Made by a program: the position numbers and the translations under genes | The notes under the pieces: generated by a model | Seen by the model: the letters and a program-made list of their open reading frames with translations, nothing else | What the model was told of the DNA's origin: nothing | Databases searched by the model: none | In this document: piece by piece, positions 1-10,441 of the stretch | How the letters are laid out: each line of letters begins with the position of its first letter | How positions within the stretch are numbered: position 1 is the first letter of the stretch | Source: Hydrolagus colliei | Lineage: Eukaryota | Assembly (NCBI GenBank): GCA_035084275.1 | Contig: CM068755.1 | Span: forward strand, 8,804,001 to 8,868,000 | Direction: 5' to 3' | Length of the DNA stretch: 64,000 nt

Positions 1-377
1 CCTCACAGATGTGGAAAAGGTAAACAAGTTAGACAAAAATCAAATGGTCGAGAATAACTCCACATTAGCTGCTGGCTGTGATTGAAGACGCGCAGCGTGA
101 TACAACGAGCTTCAAAGTTTGGGATTAATCTGCTTTAGCAAGGGCGATGGCGACCCTTTAGCCTGATAGTGATCAGCTGAAATAATAAATATCAATCACG
201 TATAAGACATGATAAATGTGGAATCTTCAGGATCTTGGGGGCACTTTTAACCGACTTATGTAAATATTTGTATGAGGTTCAAATTACCATCTGAGATGAA
301 GGCAGATTGATGCTAACAGTTCAATATCCTGCGAGAAACGAGAACTGACCTAGCAACTGGCTCGTCTCATTATGGCT

Positions 378-552
378 CATATATATATATACACATATAT
401 GTACCGTATATACGATATATATATCGTATATACATATATGTGTACTATACATACATATATACATGTATTAGACAGACACACACACACACAGTCACATATA
501 TACATGTGTGTATATACGTATATATATGTATATGTGTATACACACACACACA
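378..552. repeat. Compound (TA)n/(CA)n/(TG)n microsatellite
   Basis: Degenerate alternating purine-pyrimidine run (atatatatat acacatatat ... cacacacaca). Confidence 0.95.
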
Positions 553-2125
553 TCGTCGATGATTTACACCATGCCTTTGAAATATTTAGTGACCACCTTT
601 CTTATTATCGGATTTTCCCTTGATTTAAAGTCAAATGTGTTCGGTTGCATCAGAGGGTAATTGAACAGATGTAATTCTGTTGTCGTTGTGGCTGTAACTA
701 GCAGCGTGTGATTCCAACATTCAAGACACACTGTAGTTTCTATCCCCTTTCTCCCTCATTCCTTCCCAGGTGCTCCCAGTTCAGTGAATCATCGGGGTGG
801 GAAAAAAATATAGCTTTGCTTTGCTGTAATCAATGCTATTCAGATGAGCTGAACACATGGAATTTACACTTCCAGTTTCTACTGAAAGCTTTTTGGGGAA
901 AAAATGTTTGTCAGCTTGGCTCAGTATTAACATTCTCACTTCTGGATTGGAAGGCTGCAGGTTAAAGATCCACGTTGGTACTTTGAGATTCACAGTCAGG
1001 ACTAATATTCTCTTATACACACACACACACTAAGCGATATAAATGTGAGTCGGTGCAATGGGGAAGGTGGGAGGTACCACCCTTTGGATAAAATATTATA
1101 CCTAAGTTTGATCTGTCTGTTTAAGTGGGTAATAAAGATCTAATGACATTAGCCGAAAAGGGAATTTACCTCCCTTGGCAACGATTATCCACATAAAAGT
1201 TTGGCCGCTCACTTCCTGAATCTGTTGATATTTGTCTAAAAATGAAGTCACTGAACTTGACCACAGCAACCACATGTTCGGCACACATGTTTGTCATTCT
1301 GGGTGCGTTACCAAATGCAAGATAAACTTTACATAGAGTAAGAGTTAGATGTGGCTTAAATGACCATTTTCGCTGTAACAATACAGTCTTCCTCCTAAAC
1401 TCACTTTCAAAACACTCCAAACCATACATTCAATGCAGACCAACCATCCTTTCTGCTCACTGTCCTCATCCAACAGGACAGCCAGGGATTGGGGGGAAGA
1501 AGGAGAAACAGAAGTTGCACAAAGTAAAGCAAAGTTACTGTCTCGCCTCAAATCTATGAAGTCAGCTGCAGTTATATCTCACAGCCTAATGCAAAAGGAA
1601 AACTGGGCCAAGCTTTATCGTAATGTTTTTCTCCCCAATTTGCTTTTAGATTATGGTGCATTTCTGAAGTTCTTCGTTTAAGGTTTAATCGATTTGGTGT
1701 TTTTCTTGGGAGTTTTTCCAGACACTTAGTGCAGACTTCAGCAAGTAAAGACGCACGAAGAGTTACTGCCAGTTACTGATAAGGACTAAAACATGTTGAG
1801 AGTGTTTGAACATTGTGTGACTATGAAGCAAGACAGACCTTGAGTTCAGTTTAATGCTTATTTGCCAATGTGTCCAAACTATGTATGAAAGCCAGTTTAC
1901 GATCATGTTATGAGCTGTAGAAATGCTTAACTCTTCCAATTTTTCCTCTCTTTTTTATTAAAAACATTCCGACGCCGGCCTAGACTGTTCAATGTCTCAT
2001 TTATGTTCAAGAGACTGTTGGAGGACAACAAAGTGTGTTTTCTATTCCTAAATCATACTGGTCAGAAGTACAGACGCATTAGGTCTGTTAGCCAGCATGG
2101 AAGAACTCTTAAATGAATTAGATTT

Positions 2126-2260
2126 TGCTGTGCGCGATTGGCTGCCGCGTTCCCACAAGTGGACGGTCAATTCACTTTACAGTGTGTTCTGTGAAGCGCT
2201 TTGAGTCGTCGATAAGATGTGAAAAGCGCTAATACAAATGCAAGGATTACTATTATTATT
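2126..2260 (+). mobile_element. tRNA-SINE (SINE2-1_CM-like), 3' half
   Basis: Matches the 3' body and tail of the full copy at 5005 (gctgtgcgcgattggctgcc...gtgaagcgctttgag...aaatgcaaggattactattattatt). Confidence 0.9.
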
Positions 2261-3723
2261 TTCAAATGTTTTCAACGGGTGCGTTATGTTTTTTTTCAAT
2301 AACAATTATTTAAAAGATTCTAATCCTCATTAGGACATTCTTTCGAAAGGCGCTATACAAACCTAATTTAGTGATGGAATTTGGTGTTATACTTCTCCAC
2401 ATAGCCATCAGCAGAATCGCTATCAAATCCACTTTTTTTTGATAAAAGTTCAGAAATTGTAGCATCTAAAAAAACAGTTCACAGGGATTGATGTGAACAA
2501 TACCATACAAACCACGAGAGTTTTTTTTAAAAAAAAGACTAACTGAATGTGCGTGTATCAAACATACATTGTACATTCCAAGACAATACATCATCCCATG
2601 TGGATGGAAGCTGTTATGCATGGGACTTGAAACTACTATGGAATCTTCATTTAGTTATAGTGTTAAGAGAGTCTGCAGAATTTGAGTAGTGTTAAGTCCT
2701 AATTTTGAACTTCGTATCCTTTAGATTATTTTAAGAACTTGTGAAAATATTGACTTCAAAGCTCGGACAGAATTCAACATTTCGCTGATTTCTGCAGAGT
2801 CTTGAAATGCTGGGAAATTCGAGTAAATCTGGACCCAGGTTGAATTTCGAACGCCATGAAATCGATTCGCGTCAAATCACATTTCAAGCCCCTCCGTTAA
2901 AATGCGACAGGTTGCAATGTACACCGTGAAACAAGACAGTTGTGCGGCGATTCCGTTCATTCGAGACACGATTTAGAACTTTACATAACAACAGATTAGA
3001 CTAAAACCCTGAAATAGTTCACAAACTTCACCCTCGAGTACAGGTGATAATACCCTCAGATACCGACTGCTCGTTGGGATTTTTTTGCGTGTGACGTCCA
3101 GGTGCTTCCAACAACTATCTTTCTGAGCAAAGCACATTTTTCTTTCTTAACTGTACCACGAAAGGGCGAGTTTAGTCTTTTTTTGGGGGTGAGGGGGAGG
3201 GGGAAAAGCAATAATTAAATCGCCTTTAAGTTTTTTTTTAAAAAAAACACAGAAATGGCATATTCAGCTGTGTCCAACCCGGAAGTGCATTGCCCTTTCT
3301 GTGTTTTGCAGCTTTTATTCTTGATCCAAGATCGGTTTTTAAAATCACCAAAGAGAGTGAGTTGGGGTTGGGGGGTGGGGGGAGAGAGCTCAACATTACA
3401 CATCTAAACAATAATCCCAGTCGAACACTGTTTGGGCGAGGAGGAGTGTCTGGAACTTTATTCCGAGTTGGGAGTATTCCCAAACTAGATCCATCTTTTT
3501 TTTCCAGCAATTCTCACAGCCATGGATGTCGGGAGCGCCAGAAACCCCGCGACGTTTGCTTCATCGCTGACACGGGGATTTAATCCAATGTATTGGATAT
3601 TCACTGTATCCGATCCGCCGCAAGTACTTTGTTTATATAATCATATCACAATCACAACCCCCAGGGCTGAGCATCCCTTCAGTAACAGAATCGATAAACA
3701 AGAGAAACTAACCACAAACTCAC

Positions 3724-4045
3724 GCCGTAATCTTCCAAGTGCCAGCAACAAACAACTTCAAAATACTGCAGCAGCTGAAGTCAGAGACTCGCCTCTGTAA
3801 CGCTTCTCATTCCCGATAAAGACAGTGGCGGATTTGACTCCTAAACTTTGGGCGATAGTTTCAAGAAAGTTTCCAAAGAGGAGAGAAAAAAAAATCAAAA
3901 CAGACTACGTTCTGCTACTAACTAAAGAGAGATTTTTTTTTTAAAAAAGTACTTCTAAACTAAAGCGATGTAGTCCAAATTGTAGGGAAGACCTCGTAGC
4001 GAAAAGTGTAACAGCTGGTTAGTGTGCACCTAGTTTTTCCTACCT
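3724..4045 (-). other. Putative non-coding first exon of a divergently transcribed gene (STRA6 is a candidate by human synteny only)
   Basis: Minus-strand TATA about 30 nt upstream of ~4045 and a consensus donor GGC|GTGAGT (plus-strand actcac at 3718-3723). The ATG nearest the donor opens only a 9-codon uORF. Confidence 0.4.
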
Positions 4046-4095
4046 ATTGACATTCCTATGAAGCGCTTTATATATCGCCAACCAATAGGCAGCTG

Positions 4096-4310
4096 AGGGA
4101 GGGCAGAGTTAAGAGGGCGTCTGGAGGCACGGTCATGCCTTAAAGAAGCCAAGGGAGCGAGCAAGGCAAAGGGATTGTGGGATGGAGTTCCAAAAGGTGT
4201 TGCGGAGAAGCCGAAAGCCTGGCCGCCAATTTTAGGGCGGGTTGGGTTGGAGACTAGGAGGAGGCCGACGCCTGCTGAAGACAGGTTAAACAGGTTGATA
4301 GGGGATTAAG
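4096..4310 (-). mobile_element. Old L2 LINE 3' fragment
   Basis: Aligns by eye to the L2 copies at 21424-21640 and 41930-42085 (gagggagggcagag...agggattgtgggatggagttccaaa...gaaagcctggccgcc...gcctgctga). Confidence 0.75.
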
Positions 4311-4486
4311 TCACGAGCAGTGTTCAGGTTGCGATTCTTAGCACTGCAATGACAAACTATTTGAAAGCATCCCCATGACATTTCGTACACCCTACTTTAT
4401 TGGTGGCCGTCGCCTTGTATTGTTGTAGCAATGTACAATTTACTTTACTAGGACGACTTTAGCCGTGAACTTCAGCCATGATTGAA

Positions 4487-4530
4487 GTTCCTCTTGAATG
4501 TTCCTCTTGAATGTTCCTCTTGAATGTTCC
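4487..4530. repeat. 13-bp tandem repeat (GTTCCTCTTGAAT) x3.4
   Basis: Three perfect units plus a partial unit, read directly. Confidence 0.95.
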
Positions 4531-4534
4531 AGAG

Positions 4535-4738
4535 CAGAGATTCTCAAACTGTGGAACGCGGACCAGAGCTCTATTCAGGATGTCTGTGGAATGGTTGCGA
4601 AACAATCGAGAATGTCTGTAGTGCTTTACAATAATTAGCTAACGGTACAATCAATATTAGGAAAGATCATTAAGTGGTCCGCCAAGACCCTCAACAATTT
4701 CAAGTGGTCTGCGAAAAAACAACAACTGAGAACCACTG
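4535..4738. mobile_element. Non-autonomous hAT (Charlie/MER5-like) MITE
   Basis: TIRs CAGAGATTCTCA / TGAGAACCACTG. 8-bp TSD TTCCAGAG (4527-4534) / TTCTAGAG (4739-4746), fitting the NTCTAGAN target preference of hAT-Charlie. Confidence 0.85.
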
Positions 4739-5004
4739 TTCTAGAGGTTGTTTTACCTGAACCCATTATGTAAATCCCACATTAAGTCATCTCCTTTGTA
4801 CGTGTTGGGGTTGGGGGGAAAAGCCATCAATTTTTAGCGGTTGTGTAAACTAATACAGAAAACTGATAACTTGATCCTGACTTAACTTGTCACTCCCACT
4901 TAAGGCAAGTCGTCATGCTGTCAGTATCCTGATTACACATTTCCTGTCTGACTAGTCTTATTTTGTTAATAAATCCATTAATTTGCCAGCAGTACTCTAT
5001 TTGT

Positions 5005-5315
5005 GGAGTCCTGTAGCTCAGCGGTTAGTCTACTCGCCTTAGAAGTGAGAGACCTGGGTTCGATTCCAGTCAGTGCAAAACCTTGGCCAAATTTCCTTAC
5101 TCCACACGCCTAATACAGTAATAAACCCTTATATATAAAATAAATTGATTATTGCAATCCATGACTGTTTGTGTGACACTGCTGTGCACAATTGGATGCT
5201 GTGTATTCCCCACATATATACATTCAATTTAATTTACACTACATTCCGTGAGGCGCTTTGAGACATCAAGAAAACGTGAAAAGTGCTATATCAAATGCAA
5301 GGATTATTATTATTA
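5005..5315 (+). mobile_element. Full-length tRNA-derived SINE (SINE2-1_CM-like), short form
   Basis: A box TAGCTCAGCGG (5014-5024), B box GGTTCGATTCC (5057-5067), L2-type 3' end ...tatatcaaatgcaagg(att)n. Many similar copies in the window. Confidence 0.92.
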
Positions 5316-6180
5316 GCAGGTTGAAAGGTGATAGCAGGGAGCAAGGCCAAGTAGAGCCTTGAAAGTGAGGACAAAGATTTTAAATTCTATCCTTTGATAG
5401 GTGGGGAGCTAATGGAACTGGGCAAGAGCGGGGATGATGGTGTCAGGGAGCCTGGTGAGCAGAGGTGTTTTTAAGCCTTCAAACTACTCAGCCAAACTTC
5501 ATAGGGGGCCCATCACTGACGGTAAGTTTAATAAGTACACATGCACACTTTAATAAGTGCACACGCCTGCGCAATTTTATTTTATGCAAACATTAACTTT
5601 CGGCAGGTGCGATGCCTCTTTAGGTGGACTGCTTGATCCGCCGGGCTGGGGAGAGCTCTGGTTTAGCTGGGCTGGGGAGAGCTCTGGTTTTCGCTATACA
5701 GGTATTTAACAAAAGACAAGAGAACAGCACACTCAAATTCTCCCATTTCGATGATTTTTTGTATTACTTTGGGGGCCCGCAATATGATGGGCCCGTCGGT
5801 GCATTGCACTGATTGCACCAATGTTAAAAACGCCTCTGCTGGTGAGGCAGAATTCTGGATGATCTGCAGCTTGTGGAGGGAAGAGTTGGGGAGGCTAACA
5901 AGGGTGAAGTTTCCGTAGTTGAGCCTTGAGGTGACGAATGCATGGATGAGAATTTCACCGGCCTGAGGGGTGAGGCAGTGTCAGAGTCGGACAATGTCGT
6001 GGAGCATGAGCACAGAGCCCTGAGGAGCATGAGACTGTGCGGTGGTTGGAAAAGAAACTATTGGCGGAAACAAATTGGAGACGTGTGAGAGATGAGATCT
6101 GAACCATTCAAGGACAGAGCCTTGAAGGTTGATGGTTCGGGTGATAGGAGAGGTGGTGAAGAGGGGGAGTGGTCCACTCT
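5316..6180 (-). mobile_element. Degenerate L2 LINE RT fragment, split by a hAT insertion
   Basis: gccttgaaagtgaggacaaagattttaaatt matches the L2 copies at 21658 and 42118 (IKFKILxLxFKAL region). The purine-rich L2-like sequence resumes after 5846. Confidence 0.7.
5460..5838. mobile_element. Non-autonomous hAT DNA transposon (379 bp)
   Basis: 15-bp TIRs CAGAGGTGTTTTTAA / TTAAAAACGCCTCTG with 1 mismatch. Perfect 8-bp TSD CTGGTGAG at 5452-5459 and 5839-5846. Confidence 0.9.
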
Positions 6181-6314
6181 GTTTCAGTGGTTCATCTTAT
6201 TTTCATAGTGATAGTCCAACACACTGCTATCATGAATAGAATTAATTGACTACAGTGAAATTATTCCGTTTTTAGTGCCTTTGAAGAAATGTGGGGTAAT
6301 GGATATTAATTTTA

Positions 6315-6519
6315 AATAATAATAATCCTTGCATTTGATATTGCACCTTTTCTTACACCACACACCTAATAATAATCCCTCAAAAAAAATAGTAAATTGG
6401 TCATTTCAATCCACAACTGTTTGTGGGACTCTGCTGTGCGCAATTGGCTGCTGCGTTTCGCCCACATAATATACAGCCAAATCACTTTACAGTATATTCT
6501 GTGCAGCGCTTTGACACAT
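6315..6519. mobile_element. Rearranged tRNA-SINE: tail on the minus strand fused to body on the plus strand
   Basis: 6315-6352 is the reverse-complemented SINE tail. 6352-6519 is the forward SINE body from cttacaccacac to gcgctttgacac. Confidence 0.8.
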
Positions 6520-6677
6520 TAACAAACAACAAGAATAGAATTACATTTATCAAACGCCTTTCATGTCCATCTCAAAGTGCTTCAGAGTGTATGCTGTGCA
6601 AATGGCATAGAGAATAACAGTTCTGTATTGGTTTAATTAGCTTAAGATGCATTTTACTTTGGTCTTTGTGATAATGT

Positions 6678-6926
6678 GTCACCTAGGATATACTAAGGTG
6701 AATGAACTATTCTCTTGGAATTGCAGTTTGTTTGCTTTATGCAGTGCGTTGATTGGTTAATGGTTGCTGCTTGGATTCACTACAACAAACGGAATCAATT
6801 ATCTGCAGAGCTCTCCTAAGCTCTCACACAGATGAGATAGCCAGTGCTGTTTGGACTTTAATGCCTGGTATCTTTTAAATTTATTAGAAACCTAGCCCTG
6901 ACAGGACATAACATATTCAGAGGCAG
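6678..6926 (+). promoter_or_regulatory. CCDC33: Putative CCDC33 promoter and 5' UTR exon
   Basis: X-box-like GTCACCTAGGATAT (6678-6691), reverse CCAAT (6752-6756), and donor CAG|GTAACC at 6926/6927 that could join the acceptor ttcttaacag at 7125. Confidence 0.4.
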
Positions 6927-7145
6927 GTAACCTGATGCTGTCTGCATTACAAGTTCTCAGATAGCTGTATTTTAACAAGGGATCAGTTGTGACTATTCAT
7001 AGACTGGGACCAGAAAAGAGAGTAAACAACCTCAATTGAACTTATTCTAGTTGAACGTTTCCTTTCCTCCTTCTTTTGCTTTGTTACGGCTGGTGCTCTG
7101 ATTCAATCAAACTGATTCTTAACAGTGGGACTTAACAGCAAAACA

Positions 7146-7416
7146 ATGCATCGATCAGGATTAAAAATGGAAGTGAAAGAACTTGACTTTGAATTTGAAA
7201 TCATCAATGTACAGTTTAACGAACTGGGGAAATACGGCTTGAGACTCACAGTGGAAAATCCTTTGCTTGAAGGTTCAGGGACAGGAGTTCAGCTGTGGGT
7301 GAATGATGGTGAGAAGGTGTACACAAACTCAGGGACGACAGACATCATCGAACAGACCAATCTTAATGAAATCTACTCCTTTCACAAGAAGAAATTTGTA
7401 TTCCGTCTCCCAAAAG
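7146..7416 (+). CDS. CCDC33: CCDC33 coding exon 1 (MHRSGLKMEVKELDFEFEIINVQFNELGKYGLRLTVENPL...FVFRLPK-G)
   Basis: Close similarity to the recalled human N-terminus ([28 protein letters not shown]...FIFTLPKG). Acceptor AG ends at 7125, ATG at 7146, donor AAG|GTAAC, phase 1. Confidence 0.93.
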
Positions 7417-8829
7417 GTAACTATCTTGTGACAAACACTTTGCTGTTGAATGTGAGTTCAAAACCAAACCAAGCTTTGGATTTCTTTCTGTTGCCTTCAC
7501 CTGTAAATACTTTGGGTTCAGGCCTCAATCTGAAAAGTTGAATGGTACAGTGTGTCAGAACATTTTCTGAGGCGTGGGTCTGTATCAAGCCAAAATCGTG
7601 GATGTAAGTTCTCTCTCCAGTGATTGTAAATTAAATGAGAACTGAAAGTTTAATGATTGGTGTTAATTGGCAATTTATTGAGGAAATTACATTTGTTTAG
7701 CGCATTTTACATTGAGAGGACATCCTAAGGCCACAGAGGTAGTTAAGTGGAGGTAGGTGGGGCTGTACAAATAGAATCTGCTTTTCTGATGTGTGTTAAA
7801 GAAGGCACATTATTATCTTGCATTATTTAGGTCTTTCAGAGAAAATAAACAATCCAAAGCACATTTTGATTTGAAGTGAATGCTGTTGTTAAAGACAAAT
7901 TTGAATATGTTTCATGTGGAGTGCAGTTAACAGCATGCCTCACCATTGGTAGAACTCACTCAGGAGCATTATATACAGTAAGCAATTAAAGCACGGCTTC
8001 CTTGTGGTGATCTGAGTTCACTGGCTTCTGTTGGCCATTTTTGGTACATTTAATGAGGGATTGATTTATATCTTGGTAAGCTCACAGTCCAGACTTCCCC
8101 CACTCAGTCCCCCAGCTCAGATAACCTGTTTTAAAGGCATTAAAGATTTAATTTTACAGATTGTGCTAACTGTGCACAAATGCCCCACATTATGTAATTA
8201 ACAATGTGAAAAAAAAGACTGAAAGGGATTCTGTAATATTTTACATTGGTTCATTATATTCTATTTGGGGCACTTGCTCTACACACCACATATAGGTTTA
8301 CACAGAGCTGATCCAATGCTGTTGAAAAAAACATTGTAAAGGGGGAGGAGAAGGTATCCCTTTGGCAACTCATTGTTGAAAGTCATAGTTGGTACATGGC
8401 AGTAAATGATGCTGGAACCTGAGAATTTCCACATGAAAAGAGATTTGGCTCAGTGTGTGTATTGGTGATGTAATCTGCTCATGTCTGCAGTTACATTTCA
8501 TGCTCCTTCCACAAAAGAAAATTCACATTAATGCGCTTTGTATGCCATGAGAGATCATTGAATTTTCATTTTGTTTCTTTATACCTCCATTTAGAATAAG
8601 ATCCAAACATATTTAAATTATATTTTAAAAATGTGATCTTTCAGAACTGGATATGTTTTGGTCTCTGTCAAGGCTGACTAGAGTGCTCCTGGTGCTTTTA
8701 TTTTCTAACATTACACTAGCTAGTGCCCTGTAGTTATTTTGCTTTAAAATGATGCAGTCATTATCTTTGTATTTAATATAGTGCCGATAATGTCGGCTTC
8801 ACGGAGATTTGCTGTAGAGTGTGTGCCTT

Positions 8830-8960
8830 CTGCTGCCCTCCCAACTCTCTCCCTCCCCTCCCCCCTACTCTGCCCACATCCCTTGCTCGGTTCCCGACCT
8901 GATTGTTCAGCACCTTGCGATGTCCTCCCGATGTGAAAGGCGCACCAAAAATGTAATTTT
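8830..8960 (+). mobile_element. L2 3' tail fragment
   Basis: cagcaccttgcgatgtcctcccgatgtgaaaggcgc...aaatgtaattttgctgttgt, the same tail seen many times in the window. Confidence 0.7.
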
Positions 8961-8964
8961 GCTG

Positions 8965-9235
8965 TTGTAGTGACTGTGTATTCACAGATGTATGTGGCAG
9001 CCAATTTGCACAACAAATGTTCCACAGATAGCCATGAAGCAAATGACTGGAGGATTCTTAATACAATAGTATCATGAGATCTTTAACATCCACTTGAACA
9101 CCCAAACTGAATGGACCTTAGTTGAACGTCTCATATCAAGGAATGCACCAATGCAATGCAATCCCCCGCATTCCTGGACCTGAAGTATCCGTGAGCACAA
9201 AGTCCCACGGTGTGGTGTTTGGACGCACAACATTT
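8965..9235 (-). mobile_element. Old Deu-domain SINE (SacSINE1/AmnSINE-like)
   Basis: catgagatctttaacatccac...gaccttagttgaacgtctcatatcaagg is the reverse complement of the Deu core seen at 12230-12300. Confidence 0.65.
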
Positions 9236-9284
9236 ATTGGCATTTATTGCGCCAAAGCTGACTGTTTTTATCCCCTGTTCACAG

Positions 9285-9748
9285 GTTATTGTCAAAATGA
9301 TAAAAATCACGACGTCCGACTACGAATTGAAGCCTTTCGACTAACTGGAACATCCACTAAGAATAGGAAGAAAGAGGGGGAAGCATTCTTTGCAATCTAC
9401 CCACGCACGAACACACCGAGAATCAATGTTTTTGCTAAGAGAAATGAGGACCTGTACTGTTTCAGTGATGTGATGGCATTGCTGCGGGCACAGGAGGATG
9501 TGCTTGCCATGCATTGTGGGAGGATGGCTTATAGCGTGTCCTTTCACGAGGTGCGAGTACAGACACTTAAAGCTGGAGCGGAGCATGATCCCAAACCGCT
9601 CTCAGTAATCCAGGAGGAAGACCATCCCATAAACCCAAGGCTAGCAGCAGTGCCGTCTCCACTGCCACAGCTAGAGATACCTCCACCTCCAATGGTGATA
9701 CCCCATCAACTGATTCCTTCTCCAACATTGCGTTCACCCAGTCCCGAG
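9285..9748 (+). CDS. CCDC33: CCDC33 coding exon 2 (YCQNDKNHDVRLRIEAFRL...GEAFFAIYPR...MHCGRMAYSVSFH plus Pro-rich linker)
   Basis: Acceptor ctgttcacag, phase 1 in, donor GAG|GTATAT phase 0 out. Matches recalled human FCKNDGQHD...GEAIFPIYPR...HCGSLAYSVAFH. Confidence 0.92.
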
Positions 9749-10441
9749 GTATATTGAATAATAATACTACTACTTCCATTTGGTACAGCGGACATCCCAA
9801 GGCCCTTCACAAAATAAGCTGTAAAATGCAGTGATTAGGTGTTCTGTGGGCAAATACTGTAAATAACAATAATACATACAACATGATATAGCACCTTCTA
9901 TAGCATGATATAGAAAGTGTGTTATATTCACATGCTCTGCTTAACAAGGGATATCAAGAAGAATTGAGACTATATGTTTGGCAATGGTGTGGACAGATGC
10001 AAGAGAGAATTGGACACAGTTATGTTGGTGAAGAGGATTGGGCCAGTTTTATATGATGCTGGGAACGTTGTTTGAATATTGGACCAATTAGATGGAGTGA
10101 AACAATCAGTTTTGGACCATTTCTATGTTGCCATTTCTCTTTAGTGAGGGCATACATTGGACATTAACCTTCCTCTACCTTAATATGATTTATCTAACAT
10201 AGAATGGTTTAATAAGCTTATCTGATGCACTTACTTTAAACCGGTAATATTTAGTTAATGGGTCAAAATCTGGTGTGTTGATTGATGGACACCTTGTCTG
10301 TGCCCTTTATTATTTTTGCCATTATGTTTCAAGGAAGAAAGACCAAATAGGATTGGCCAAGTATTTGAGATCTAGGGCAGCTGGGTTCAAAATCATCAAA
10401 TGTGCATTTTTTTTCACATTAACCCATTGTTGTCATTTTAG

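Larger units (their letters stand above)
2760..4420. promoter_or_regulatory. CpG-enriched promoter-like region
   Basis: CpG density is visibly higher than in the rest of the window. Motifs: CRE-like GTGACGTC (3091-3098), ETS CCGGAAGTG (3279-3287), minus-strand TATATAAAG (4074-4066), CCAAT (4082-4086 and 4226-4230), GC box GGGCGGG (4235-4241). Boundaries approximate. Confidence 0.6.

Noticed and set aside
372-623. 83-aa H/I/Y/T-rich ORF (similarly 45281-45583)
   Set aside because: It is a translation of a TA/CA microsatellite.
1102-1429. Minus-strand ORFs as possible STRA6 coding exons
   Set aside because: No resemblance to the STRA6 N-terminus or transmembrane segments as I recall them.
5005-5075. 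tRNA-like sequences with A and B boxes (also near 19260, 23938, 38580, 49906, 52115)
   Set aside because: Each continues into a shared SINE body and tail and is mutated independently, so these are SINE heads and not tRNA genes.
7125-7541. ORF-track boundaries for the first CCDC33 ORF
   Set aside because: The GTG start straddles the splice acceptor, and the sequence after 7416 is intron read-through.
9122-9284. N-terminal extension of the 211-aa ORF
   Set aside because: It is intronic Deu-SINE-derived sequence upstream of the acceptor. Homology starts at 9285.
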